A model generated the notes under the pieces. The model was not told where the DNA came from and ran no database searches. It saw only the letters and a list, made by a program, of their open reading frames with translations. Positions 1-9,008 of a stretch of DNA of 32,000 bases are shown piece after piece; position 1 is the first letter of the stretch; the number at the start of each line of letters is the position of its first letter. The position numbers and the translations under genes are program-made. Location: assembly GCF_019646055.1 (NCBI RefSeq), contig NZ_JAESFE010000001.1:418466-450465 (forward strand), in the 5' to 3' direction. Source of the stretch: Sodalis sp. CWE. GTDB lineage: Bacteria; Pseudomonadota; Gammaproteobacteria; Enterobacterales; Enterobacteriaceae.

Positions 1-98
1 AATTTTATGTAATCAAAAAGCGATCTTATACATTTGTTAAAATGAATGACAATTATAATTAGCCATTCGTTTAATATTTTAATTAAAAAAAATTAATT

Positions 99-812
99 AT
101 GAAAATTGGAATTATTGCTGCAATGGAACAAGAAATTGCGTTATTACGTAATCGTATGAGTAATTTTTCTGTTTGGCGTAAAGCGGGATGTAACATTTAT
201 ATAGGTAAATTATTTGGTATTGAAGTTGCACTAATAAAATCGGGCGTTGGAAAAGTTTCTGCTGCGTTAGGAACAACGTTACTTCTCAATTTTTTTCAGC
301 CAAATCTAATTATCAATACTGGTTCTGCTGGAAGTCTAAAATCTTCTCCAAAAATTGGAGATATTGTAGTACCATACAAAGTGGGTTATCACGATGTAAA
401 TCTTACTGTTTTTGGCTATAAAGAAGGACAAATGGCAAAATGTCCTAAAGAATTTAAAAGCGATCCTTTTTTAACAACCCTAGCAAATAAAATTGCCGTT
501 AATTGCCTGAAGGTAAATTCAATTCATCATGGTATGATAGTCACTGGTGATACGTTTATAAATAACTCTGTTGACCTGGCCTGTATTCAAAGAAGGTTCC
601 CATCAGCTATCGCCGTAGAAATGGAAGCTGCGGCAGTAGCTCACATTTGTTATCGATTCAACGTTTCTTTCATTATAACTCGTGCAATCACAGATTTTTC
701 AAATCAAACATCTCACCTTTTTTTTAAAAAGTTTCTTATCGTTGCGTCAAAAAACTCCTCCCTCCTGGTGGAGGAGATAATAAAGTCATTAAAAATGAAT
801 CATGTTGCTTAA
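99..812 (+). CDS. mtnN: 5'-methylthioadenosine/S-adenosylhomocysteine nucleosidase
   Basis: 237-aa ORF, collinear over its full length with E. coli MtnN/Pfs as I recall it. N-terminus MKIGIIAAMEQEIALLR vs MKIGIIGAMEEEVTLLR. Shared blocks SGVGKVSAALGTTLLL, INTGSAGS and AVEMEAAAVAHIC. Confidence 0.93.
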   Translation: MKIGIIAAMEQEIALLRNRMSNFSVWRKAGCNIYIGKLFGIEVALIKSGVGKVSAALGTTLLLNFFQPNLIINTGSAGSLKSSPKIGDIVVPYKVGYHDVNLTVFGYKEGQMAKCPKEFKSDPFLTTLANKIAVNCLKVNSIHHGMIVTGDTFINNSVDLACIQRRFPSAIAVEMEAAAVAHICYRFNVSFIITRAITDFSNQTSHLFFKKFLIVASKNSSLLVEEIIKSLKMNHVA

Positions 813-892
813 TTAAATATAATCAAAGATCTATTTTAAACTTTGCATAAACACAAGTGCACCTTAAACATTTTTGTCTAAATTTTTATATT

Positions 893-1240
893 TTAGATGC
901 TAAAAGATAGTCCACAACTACAAGTAGTTTTAACGTTAGGATTAATGACAATAAATCTAGATCCCTCTAATCCTTCGTCATAATCGACAGATCCTCCTGT
1001 CAAATACTGTAAACTCATAGAATCTACGATTAATGAAACTCCTTGTTTTTTAGTAACAAAATCATCACGATTGATTTTATCATCAAAAATGAAGCGATAT
1101 TGAAAGCCGCTGCAACCACCTCCAGTGATATATACTCGTAGTTTTAAGTTTTTATTTTTTTCTTTTGAAATAAGATTTTTGACTTTAAAAGCTGCTGAGT
1201 CAGTAAAATTCAATGTTAGAGCTGTTGGTTTATTGTTCAT
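893..1240 (-). CDS. erpA: iron-sulfur cluster insertion protein ErpA (A-type carrier)
   Basis: 115-aa ORF collinear with E. coli ErpA. Shared blocks [38 protein letters not shown] and C-terminal [10 protein letters not shown]. The three ligand Cys are present. Confidence 0.93.
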   Translation of the reverse strand: MNNKPTALTLNFTDSAAFKVKNLISKEKNKNLKLRVYITGGGCSGFQYRFIFDDKINRDDFVTKKQGVSLIVDSMSLQYLTGGSVDYDEGLEGSRFIVINPNVKTTCSCGLSFSI

Positions 1241-1793
1241 AGCGTCACCCTAGATTTTATAACTCAATTAAGAATTGACTTGTTTGATATAAAAATATTC
1301 AAATTTTTACCTGAAATACTAGAAATATAGAATTTCATCCTTTAAAAAGGAAGTAGTTAACTAAGTAAAAATTTTTTGTTATAAACATTTTATTTTTTTT
1401 GTAAAAAACTAATTTAATTTTCTTGATAAGAAAAAAGAAAAGGACGTTGAGACATAATTATTTTTTCTGAGTTAAATACAAGTGTATTTTTATGTTTCCA
1501 TAGTTTTTTATCATATTTGATAATTCTAGATTTATTAAATGTAATTCTGTACTTTTATCCCATCAAAATGAAAGGAAGTATAAATGTAAGTCTTTAAAAA
1601 TTTTAATTAAAGATTAAAATAGTTAGTTTTTAATTAAATTAAATTTAAATTCACTTAAACAAATAACTTAATTGATTGACTCTAAATTTTTGGAAGATAA
1701 ACGCTTTTGTTAATTAAATACAAAAAAACTAACCTGTTTATCAGACTTCTATTATTTTTAAGTGAAGACAGGATCTTTCGATATTAAAGGTAC

Positions 1794-2078
1794 TTAAGAA
1801 CGAATAAAATCAACATGGGTTAATTTTAGTTTAAACGGATGAAATTGGACCTCCTGCACTCGCACTTTATTCTCTTTACCATCAATCACAAGGACAAGAG
1901 GTTCAGTATAAAAAATTTTTTTATCTTGCATGTTTAAAATATGATCATAACGAATCTCAATCATAGTCGGTTTTTCAGCACCGCCATAGATAATAGCGGG
2001 AATTTTGTTCTTTAAACGTAATCGTCTGCTTACGCTTTTTCCACGAGAGCTACGGACCTTTGCATTTAAGTATAGCAT
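1794..2078 (-). CDS. rplY: 50S ribosomal protein L25
   Basis: 94-aa ORF, same length as E. coli L25. Matches SRRLR..NK.PAIIYGG near the N-terminus and the HP.K.KL.H.DF.R C-terminus. Confidence 0.93.
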   Translation of the reverse strand: MLYLNAKVRSSRGKSVSRRLRLKNKIPAIIYGGAEKPTMIEIRYDHILNMQDKKIFYTEPLVLVIDGKENKVRVQEVQFHPFKLKLTHVDFIRS

Positions 2079-2805
2079 ATATTTTTATATTCTAATTTGT
2101 TTTGCCTTCATTTTAAAGGAGGCAGTTAACTTAAATCAAGTTAAAATTAACTTAATAATCACATCTATTCAGATTAATAAAATTTATTTGTATATGAGAA
2201 CCACTTTTATGCAGTATGAACAATTTCTCAATATAATTTCATTAAAAATACTTAATTTCAGTACGTCTATCGTAATTCTGTAAAAACTTTAAAATTATTT
2301 AAGACAAATAAAGACATTTATTTGTTGTGTCCATCAATAATTTTCTGTTAAAAATTTCTTATGATAAAAAGATATTATTTATACCTTCATAAATTATGAT
2401 TTACCATTTCATAAAAAAATTAAAAAATCAATAATCTGCAATTAAGTTTCGAATTGAAATTCATACACGTTCTTTAATTTAGAAATGAGCGTGTTGATTC
2501 TTAATAAGAAACGCTTTGCTAAAAGCGAAATGTTGTTTTAATGAGAGTTAAATATAATCCTAAAGGGAAGAAGATATAGATTTTTTCAATAAAAAAATAC
2601 ATTAAATATACATATGATTCAGCACTTTGATTTTTCTTTTCGAAAAGAGTTGCTAACGTAAATTAAATTTAATTATAGTTAATAACCTTTAAATTAAACT
2701 TATTAATCAATTTTTACTTTTTAAATCATAGTTAAATATAAAATTTTTGACTAAAATCAAAAATTATCTCTAAGTTGTTAAGCAAGTAAAAAATTCTTAC
2801 AGTTT

Positions 2806-2882
2806 CGGCATGTAGCGCAGTTTGGTAGCGCGCCGTCATGGGGTGTCGGAGGTCGGAGGTTCAAATCCTCTCATGCCGATCA
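2806..2882 (+). tRNA. proL: tRNA-Pro (anticodon GGG); 3' CCA not encoded
   Basis: Cloverleaf read by hand. Acceptor CGGCATG/CATGCCG (7 bp), D stem GCGC/GCGC, anticodon loop ATGGGGT (anticodon GGG), T arm GGAGG-TTCAAAT-CCTCT, discriminator A at 2879. It differs at only a few positions from E. coli proL as I recall it. The next 3 nt (2880-2882) are TCA, not CCA. It lies between rplY and the porin, as proL lies between rplY and ompC in E. coli. Confidence 0.9.
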
Positions 2883-2900
2883 AGATCTTATATCGCAATG

Positions 2901-2932
2901 TACTAATTAAGATTTCAGCTAATTAGTATTTT
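2901..2932 (+). terminator. candidate intrinsic terminator after tRNA-Pro
   Basis: TACTAATTA (2901-2909) pairs with TAATTAGTA (2920-2928): 9-bp stem with one G:C pair, 10-nt loop, followed by TTTT. It starts 19 nt after the tRNA. Confidence 0.4.
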
Positions 2933-3177
2933 CAGACATTAATTCTAAGAATGATACTAATCATAAATTTTTCAATTAAAAGTTGTACCCTAAACAACAC
3001 ATCTAATATCGACCATTCCAACCTAATGCAAGATTTTATCCAACATTAAAATTTTATTAAAAAAACCCTTAAAAAGGAAAAGGTGAAACGACCTTTTTAT
3101 TTAGTTTTTCCATTATCAGTGATAGCATGAAAAATTTATCAAAATAATTGTAAGTAAGTAAAAATTTTCTAGTTCAA

Positions 3178-3217
3178 ACAAAAAAAATCCCTCACTAATA
3201 TAAGGCACCAGTGAGGG
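3178..3217 (-). terminator. intrinsic terminator of the porin gene
   Basis: CCCTCACT (3189-3196) pairs with AGTGAGGG (3210-3217): 8-bp stem with 5 G:C pairs and a 13-nt loop. On the minus strand it is followed by A then T8 (complement of 3180-3188). It lies about 110 nt downstream of the porin stop and is the most G+C-rich hairpin in this neighbourhood. Confidence 0.65.
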
Positions 3218-3326
3218 TGAAAAAAAGAAAACAAAAAATTCATTACTAAACGATTAATTTTTATTGTTGCTAATTTTTCTTTGTTTTAATTTGAAAAAAT
3301 TAGATATTTTTAATTTTTAAAATTGT

Positions 3327-4424
3327 TCAGAATGTGTAAGTCATCCCTACTGCAATAGTATTATTTGTAGGTAATTTTGTATCTTGAACAAAACTATTTT
3401 TCGATAGTAAATTAATACGATAATCAACAAACGTTAAGGCATTTTTACTAAAATTGTAACTAGCTCCCATCCCAATGTATTTTTTCATATCTTGTCTATT
3501 GCTCTGATAGTTACGATTGATAGTTGATTGTAAATAACCAATCGAAGGGTGTAGACCAAAATCAAAGTCATACCTCGCAACTAATTCAATGTTGTGAGTT
3601 TTTTTAGCAAAATCCTGCTTTTTTTCTTTTGAATCTACAGTTTTATTGTACAAAACTGCATTGTGTGTTTCAAGATACAGTGCTGCCAGATACAAATTAT
3701 CTGCATCATATTTTAATCCTAAAGAATATCCCTCAGCCTTTTTGTTATTTTTTAATAAACGCTGCTCAAGAGCACGATTACTACTACTATAAGCAGCACC
3801 TATGGACATACCATTCCATAAATCATATGTTATAGACATACCATAACCGTCGCCGTTTGCTTCGTGTACTTCTTGTTTTTCTTTATTTTTGATTAAATCA
3901 TTTTTACCTTGATATTGCAGTGCAAAATTTAGTCCGTCAGTTGTTCCAAAAAAGTTATTATTGCGATAAGTAAGCACTCCGCTTGAACTTCCAATTATAA
4001 AGTTATCAGTAGCAGTAGCAGTAACATTATTAATCGTTGGCATAATACTAGTCCAACTGCCAATATCATGTAATATTCCGTAATTACGTCCGTAATCAAT
4101 ACTGACTGTATCATTAAACTTCATGCCAACTAAACCTAGACGGGTTGATTTACTTTTTCCTTCACCTTCAATAGGATTCAATTTAAATCCCTGTTCTAAA
4201 ACTCCAAAACCTGTGAATCCTTCACCAAGCTGAGCTTCTCCACTGAGACCATACAGAAAAAAGGAGCAGTCCCCAGCGTTACTACCAGACATATAACGTC
4301 CACCATTAAATTTGCCAAAAAGATCTATTTTATTACCACCTCTATTATAAATTTCTGTTGCCTCAATACTGCCAGCTATAGCCATAGCTGAAATAACCAC
4401 CAATCGATACCAAAATAGTTTCAT
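3327..4424 (-). CDS. general outer-membrane porin, OmpC/OmpF/PhoE family
   Basis: 365-aa ORF with signal peptide (..AIAGSIEA|TEIYN). Mature N-terminus EIYNRGGNKIDLFGK vs E. coli AE(I/V)YNKDGNK(V/L)DLYGK. Also DYGRNYG, GLNFALQYQGKN, LKYDADNLYLAA, YDFDFGLHPSIGYLQS and a terminal ..VGMTYTF. Diagnostic segments are split between OmpF-like (KKAE, ETHNA) and OmpC-like (KF.D, SWT), so no paralog symbol is given; synteny with rplY-proL favours ompC. SD AGAGGA (4438-4433) lies 8 nt before the ATG. Confidence 0.9.
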   Translation of the reverse strand: MKLFWYRLVVISAMAIAGSIEATEIYNRGGNKIDLFGKFNGGRYMSGSNAGDCSFFLYGLSGEAQLGEGFTGFGVLEQGFKLNPIEGEGKSKSTRLGLVGMKFNDTVSIDYGRNYGILHDIGSWTSIMPTINNVTATATDNFIIGSSSGVLTYRNNNFFGTTDGLNFALQYQGKNDLIKNKEKQEVHEANGDGYGMSITYDLWNGMSIGAAYSSSNRALEQRLLKNNKKAEGYSLGLKYDADNLYLAALYLETHNAVLYNKTVDSKEKKQDFAKKTHNIELVARYDFDFGLHPSIGYLQSTINRNYQSNRQDMKKYIGMGASYNFSKNALTFVDYRINLLSKNSFVQDTKLPTNNTIAVGMTYTF

Positions 4425-4524
4425 ACTTAAATTCCTCTTCCCGTTATCTTTGTTCTGACATTTTAGTTTGATACTTAAAGATCAGTAATTTCTAAATATT
4501 TCTTTTTATCTAAAAACGCGCTTA

Positions 4525-4553
4525 ATTATACTTGAAAGATTCTGACATTTAAA
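4525..4553 (-). promoter_or_regulatory. candidate sigma70 promoter for the porin gene
   Basis: The minus strand reads TTTAAA (4553-4548), 17 nt, then TATAAT (4530-4525), about 100 nt upstream of the porin ATG. That UTR length is similar to E. coli ompC. Such hexamers are common by chance in DNA this AT-rich. Confidence 0.25.
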
Positions 4554-6106
4554 AGAATTTATTTTTCACATATTAAAATAACGGGGAATACAAAAACCTG
4601 TTAACTCTACAGTTAGAAATTTATAATTAGCCTGAATGAAATATTTAAAGAACAATTTTTTATTTAAAAGCTAAACTGATACGTGACTAATCCTTTAACA
4701 TATCATTGTTATGTTGTAAAGTAATTACATTGATTCGCTAATTCCTATCAATAACTGATTTAAAGATATTTATGAGTGCGCAAGTTAATCATATATTCTG
4801 GTTCTTTATTTAAAGAAGTTGCCTAATGATGATCAAAATTTATTTTTTAAAGATTATTAAAAATAATTTAAAGCTAATGTGCTAGCATGTTCTAAATTAT
4901 TTAGATAACTTTCTAAGTTAGAAACTACCATTAAAAGAGATGGAAATTTTTTTTAATTAAAGCGCTAAAAAAGCGGTTTTATTGAATAGATTTATTACAA
5001 TCACCCTATTCCATAGTAATTTTCTTGTTTTGAAACTTTGACTCTATTTTTTTTCAGATACTCTTTTCAAGACCTTTCTTTCTAAGAGCTTTAAATTTAC
5101 GAGTTAAAGATTTATCAAGTTTTGTGCATACGCAATGTGCTTTGAAAAAGTTGAAACATGAAAGATATGCCTTTGACAAATCAAATTTCTTCAAGATATT
5201 CGTAAAATATTGTTAATTTAAATTGACATCTAATAAAGGCTAATTTTTTTTCAAAAAATTGATTTGTTAATAACAAAAAATCTTAAAGTTATTTGAATAT
5301 TTCAAGTATAATTTGGGGCTATCTATATATTTTTTATAGCAAAAAAATTTAGGGCTATTAACTATAATTAACACATAAGGAAAAACTTTTTACATATCCT
5401 AACTAAAAAGAAAGAGTTCAGTTGTTACAATTTTTAGATTAACCGTAAAAAAATTATCGCTTTTAACGAAAACTTTCAGAACCTTCAGAAGAAATTTTTA
5501 ATTTTTAATTTTAAACGAATTATCAATGATAATTTTGCCTTGGTGAAGCTATCTACTATATAGTTGAAGCTGAGCATTTTTTTAGTAATTGTTATCTAGT
5601 AATTGATTTTTTGTATACTTTAATTCTTAAGATCAGTTAACTCTCAATATAGTTTGAATGTCAAAAAATGACAGTCAATAATGCTTTTTATAAATTCTTA
5701 TTTTTTCTATTTAATCAGGTTGCATTATTTATATCAGTGACTTACTACTTAATAAAAGTGTGTTAATTTATTTTAACAAATACTAGCAATACTAAAACAA
5801 GACTATTTACTTATATAGAATCTTTAAATTAAAATGGCGGTGTTAAATAAATTCTCCCTAAAAAAGCAGATCTAGTTTCTTTAGAAGACTAGAAGTCTTA
5901 TATTATTTATATTAGAATCAAAATAGCAAGTCAGTTTAGTGTTTAAAAAAAATAACAATTCTTTCTTGTTTTAAGAAGTGTTAGTATCTATCTAGATTAC
6001 AAGCTGTTTTTCTTCTGGAAGGCGCTTAAAATTAAGCTAAATCTAATTAAATATTAGTAATTTTAAAATAATGGTCAATTTTTGAAATATTTGGAGATTT
6101 AAATTT

Positions 6107-6520
6107 ATGCGTAATTTTGACTTTTCACCCCTATATCGTTCTGCTATAGGGTTTGATCGTTTAGTAAATTTACTTGAATCAGGTCAAAGTCAAGGAAACG
6201 GTGGTTATCCTCCTTATAACGTTGAATTAGTAAGTGAGAATCAATACCGAATAGCCATTGCGGTTGCTGGATTCGCTGAAAATGAATTAGAGATCACTGC
6301 TAATGATAACTTACTAACAGTAAAAGGTATTCATACTAATGTTCAAAATGAACGCAACTATTTATATCAAGGTATTTCTGAACGCAACTTTGAACGTACG
6401 TTTCAGTTAGCTGAACATATACAAATACGAGGTGCTAAATTATACAATGGTTTGTTGTTTATTGATTTAGAACGTAAAGTGCCGGACACCTTAAAGCCAA
6501 GAAGAATTGAAATTAAATAA
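6107..6520 (+). CDS. ibpA: small heat-shock protein IbpA (alpha-crystallin family)
   Basis: 137-aa ORF, same length as E. coli IbpA and nearly collinear with it. Shared blocks [56 protein letters not shown] and YLYQGI.ERNFER.FQLAE. GGAG lies 10 nt before the ATG. No ibpB follows. Confidence 0.95.
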   Translation: MRNFDFSPLYRSAIGFDRLVNLLESGQSQGNGGYPPYNVELVSENQYRIAIAVAGFAENELEITANDNLLTVKGIHTNVQNERNYLYQGISERNFERTFQLAEHIQIRGAKLYNGLLFIDLERKVPDTLKPRRIEIK

Positions 6521-6544
6521 TTGTTAATTTTTTGAAATCTTTTT

Positions 6545-6595
6545 CAAGTTCCTATCTGTAATCTTGGAAGATAGTCTTCCTTATAAAGGAACTTG
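6545..6595 (+). terminator. candidate ibpA terminator (compound stem-loop)
   Basis: Outer stem CAAGTTCCT (6545-6553) / AGGAACTTG (6587-6595), 9 bp. It encloses GGAAGA-TAG-TCTTCC (6566-6580). It starts 25 nt after the ibpA stop. No clean T-run follows (TATTATAA). Confidence 0.4.
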
Positions 6596-6638
6596 TATTA
6601 TAACAGTTAAAAAATTAATTTTAGTAACACTAAGTTTC

Positions 6639-6728
6639 GAACAAGACGCAAACATTTAATTAAATCAAGAAGATTTTTATTTTTTTCTTGATCAAATAAT
6701 ACAGATTTCATCAGGTCGCGTCTTGTTC
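6639..6728. repeat. nested inverted repeat (11-bp outer arms, 8-bp inner hairpin)
   Basis: GAACAAGACGC (6639-6649) is the perfect reverse complement of GCGTCTTGTTC (6718-6728), with 6 G:C pairs. Inside it, ATCAAGAA (6664-6671) pairs with TTCTTGAT (6685-6692). Confidence 0.6.
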
Positions 6729-6899
6729 CATACTTGAATAATTTTAATCATAATTATCATGTTTAATTTTACTGAATTTGGTAAGTTATTATGAAGATAA
6801 ATAAATTTCTTTTTTATTATTTCCAATAACGAGGCTTTTTAAGTAAATGAAATTTTGACAATTTAAATAAAACAATCTGTTTGTTTTAGATAGATAAAA

Positions 6900-7910
6900 T
6901 CAGATAATGTTTCTTGCTCGTAATTCTGTTTTTAAATAAGCATAATAAATTGGTGCTACTACCAATCCTCTTAATCCGAAGATTTCTTCAAAAATAAGCA
7001 TTGCCAACAATAACTCCCAAGATTTTGCGTTAATACAATTTCCAACAATTTTTGCATTCAAGAAATATTCTAACTTATGAATTGAAACAAGATATATTAT
7101 CATTATTCCTCCTAAACCTAAAGAAATTGAAAGCGCAGAAATTATAATCATAAAATTTGATATAAGATTGCCTATAATTGGCAAAAGACCACAGATAAAA
7201 GTAGCTATAACTAACGTGTTACTTAATGGTAAATGAATTCCAAACAGTGGGAGGAGCAATAAGATCATAATTGATGTTAACAATGTATTAACCAACGATA
7301 CTTTAATTTGTGCATAAATAATATTACGAAAAGCTTGTGAAAGATAATATAAACGTTCCAGTAACTGATTCGTAAAGTATGTCCCATGACCAGAAGGTTG
7401 ATTCAGTGAGATCACAGTGCCAATGACAAATCCAATAAAAACAGTAATTATTCCATGTAATAAGGAACGGCCCATTTTTCGAATAATTATTAGGTTTGAC
7501 TCAATTAATAAAAAAAGTTGATCTTTTAATTCTTCCGCACTTTCAGGAAAAAAAAAAGGTAAGTGATCAGGAATATGACTTTTTACATCAGAAAAAATGC
7601 GATCTATTTTAGATATAACATCAATACCGAATTTAATATCCGAAGTTAGAAAATGTATCAAACCCATTACACATAATATAGTAACTAACATAACCAATAT
7701 TATAATCATTGTCGCTACTAACAACCGCGCACGAATACCGCTTGCTAAGTTTTCAACCAAGGGAGTTAGAGAAATAATCGCTTCATATACTAAAAATCCA
7801 GCAATAAAACAAGGAAACAGATTTAATGGAATAATTAAGATAATAAAAGAAAACATTAATAAATAAGAAACAGCTTTTAGCCACCTTTTACTTGTTTTCA
7901 TCTCCAGCAT
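6900..7910 (-). CDS. AI-2E family transporter (UPF0118; PerM/YhhT/YdiK/TqsA-like inner-membrane permease)
   Basis: 336-aa strongly hydrophobic ORF with about 8 predicted TM stretches by eye. Its C-terminal pattern is typical of the family: LLPIIGNLIS.., KLEYFLNAKIVGN.I, ..FGLRGLVVAPI. The MLEM N-terminus resembles E. coli PerM, but I cannot assign the paralog. It contains an in-frame T10 run (complement of 7548-7557). Confidence 0.75.
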   Translation of the reverse strand: MLEMKTSKRWLKAVSYLLMFSFIILIIPLNLFPCFIAGFLVYEAIISLTPLVENLASGIRARLLVATMIIILVMLVTILCVMGLIHFLTSDIKFGIDVISKIDRIFSDVKSHIPDHLPFFFPESAEELKDQLFLLIESNLIIIRKMGRSLLHGIITVFIGFVIGTVISLNQPSGHGTYFTNQLLERLYYLSQAFRNIIYAQIKVSLVNTLLTSIMILLLLPLFGIHLPLSNTLVIATFICGLLPIIGNLISNFMIIISALSISLGLGGIMIIYLVSIHKLEYFLNAKIVGNCINAKSWELLLAMLIFEEIFGLRGLVVAPIYYAYLKTELRARNII

Positions 7911-8246
7911 AGAAATTCCTTTATCGAGTAAACAACGGATTGTTATAACAATTGATTTAGAAAATCGAATTTTATTTCGTCATTTTCTTCTATATTAATT
8001 TGAAGATATTCGTCTTAATATAAATCGACCTTAAATAAATCTTTATTTATTGCATGATAATCGAAAAGTTTTTTGGACTATTTTAAATAAAAGTTTTTTA
8101 CATCTTTATTAGTAAGTAGTGTATTTATACAATTGCTGGATTTTGATGCAAGCAGAAAGTTTGCTAGTGATTTTTTCTATTTAGAAAAAAATTTAATAAG
8201 ATCGATACAGAAGTATTTAAATGCTAGATAAATTAATCTTCTATCC

Positions 8247-8299
8247 TTCAACTGAAATTATAAATGATTATATCAGTAGCTTAATCAATTTCAGTTGAA
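8247..8299. repeat. 13-bp perfect inverted repeat with 27-nt loop
   Basis: TTCAACTGAAATT (8247-8259) is the reverse complement of AATTTCAGTTGAA (8287-8299). It lies in the 1.1-kb divergent spacer between the permease and glyQ. Confidence 0.5.
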
Positions 8300-9008
8300 A
8301 AAATTTAGTATTTAAGTAATTAAAAACACTTTTTATATAAAGAAACAATTCGATTGGTTAATCAATTTGCATTACTTTTCTTACGTTAAGAAGATTTATA
8401 TTCTTGTACGAGTAATATACTCATTACTCTAATGAAATTGATTAAATTTTTCATAGTTATTATGAATAATTTTTTACAGTTAGTTATTATTGAAATAATG
8501 CTGGGTTTGATCTTTCTTTCATTTATTTTTAATTTACTTTATTCTAAATAAAAAGGTCGATTTTTCTGAAAAAGTTATTCTAAAATGCTAAATAAATACC
8601 TTATATTCGCATGATTAATCAACTTTAAAATTAATAAAAATGATATAAAGAAGATAATCTCTTCATTAAGCACTTTACTATTTTTTTTGAAAAATGTAAT
8701 AAATTATTAAAAAGATATTTATACTAATTTTTATATTTATTTCATGGGTTTCATGAAAGTAGTATGAAAAGATACTCTTCTCTTGTTAAGAGATGCATGC
8801 TATTTGAATAATTAATTTTTACAAAGTTAAACGTTAAACGTAATTGTTCTTGATTTAGAAAAAATTGATAAATATATTTGCAGTATCAAAATAATCGTTA
8901 CCTTTGTCTTTTAAATTAACTAATGCGATATTTATGCACGTAAATTGCATCTTAACTATAAGATAAGTTAAATTTTTTTATCGTATCTCATGATATACAT
9001 TAAATATA

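Noticed and set aside
2005-2283. 92-aa plus-strand ORF overlapping the 5' end of rplY and running into the spacer. Also the 66-aa ORF at 12884-13084 and the 68-aa ORF at 24079-24285.
   Set aside because: All give low-complexity AT-codon translations (I/N/K/F/L) with no SD and no family similarity. The first and third overlap real genes (rplY, mnmE) on the opposite strand; 12884-13084 is TTG-initiated in a spacer.
4453-4550. Short exact direct repeats. TTCTGACATTT occurs at 4453-4463 and 4540-4550 (possible OmpR-like sites upstream of the porin). TGTTTACTAAAA occurs at 15196-15207 and 15222-15233. TTTCTGAGAAAG occurs at 18108-18119 and 18228-18239.
   Set aside because: A rough estimate for roughly 80% A+T spacers predicts one to a few 11-12-mer repeats at offsets under about 120 bp by chance, and there is no independent support. 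They are listed only so they can be checked for conservation.
4824-4833. The 10-nt string TAATGATGAT, whose complement ATCATCATTA matches the 5' end of E. coli micF, upstream of the porin gene.
   Set aside because: It is on the wrong strand for a divergent micF, no further micF similarity or terminator follows, and only one porin gene is visible as a potential target.
5990-6106. Search for a sigma32 promoter (CTTGAAA ... CCCCATNT) and a ROSE-type RNA thermometer upstream of ibpA.
   Set aside because: I found only poor partial matches (for example TTCTGGAA ... AGCTAAATCT) and no U(U/C)GCU anti-SD element near the GGAG, so neither can be supported from sequence alone.
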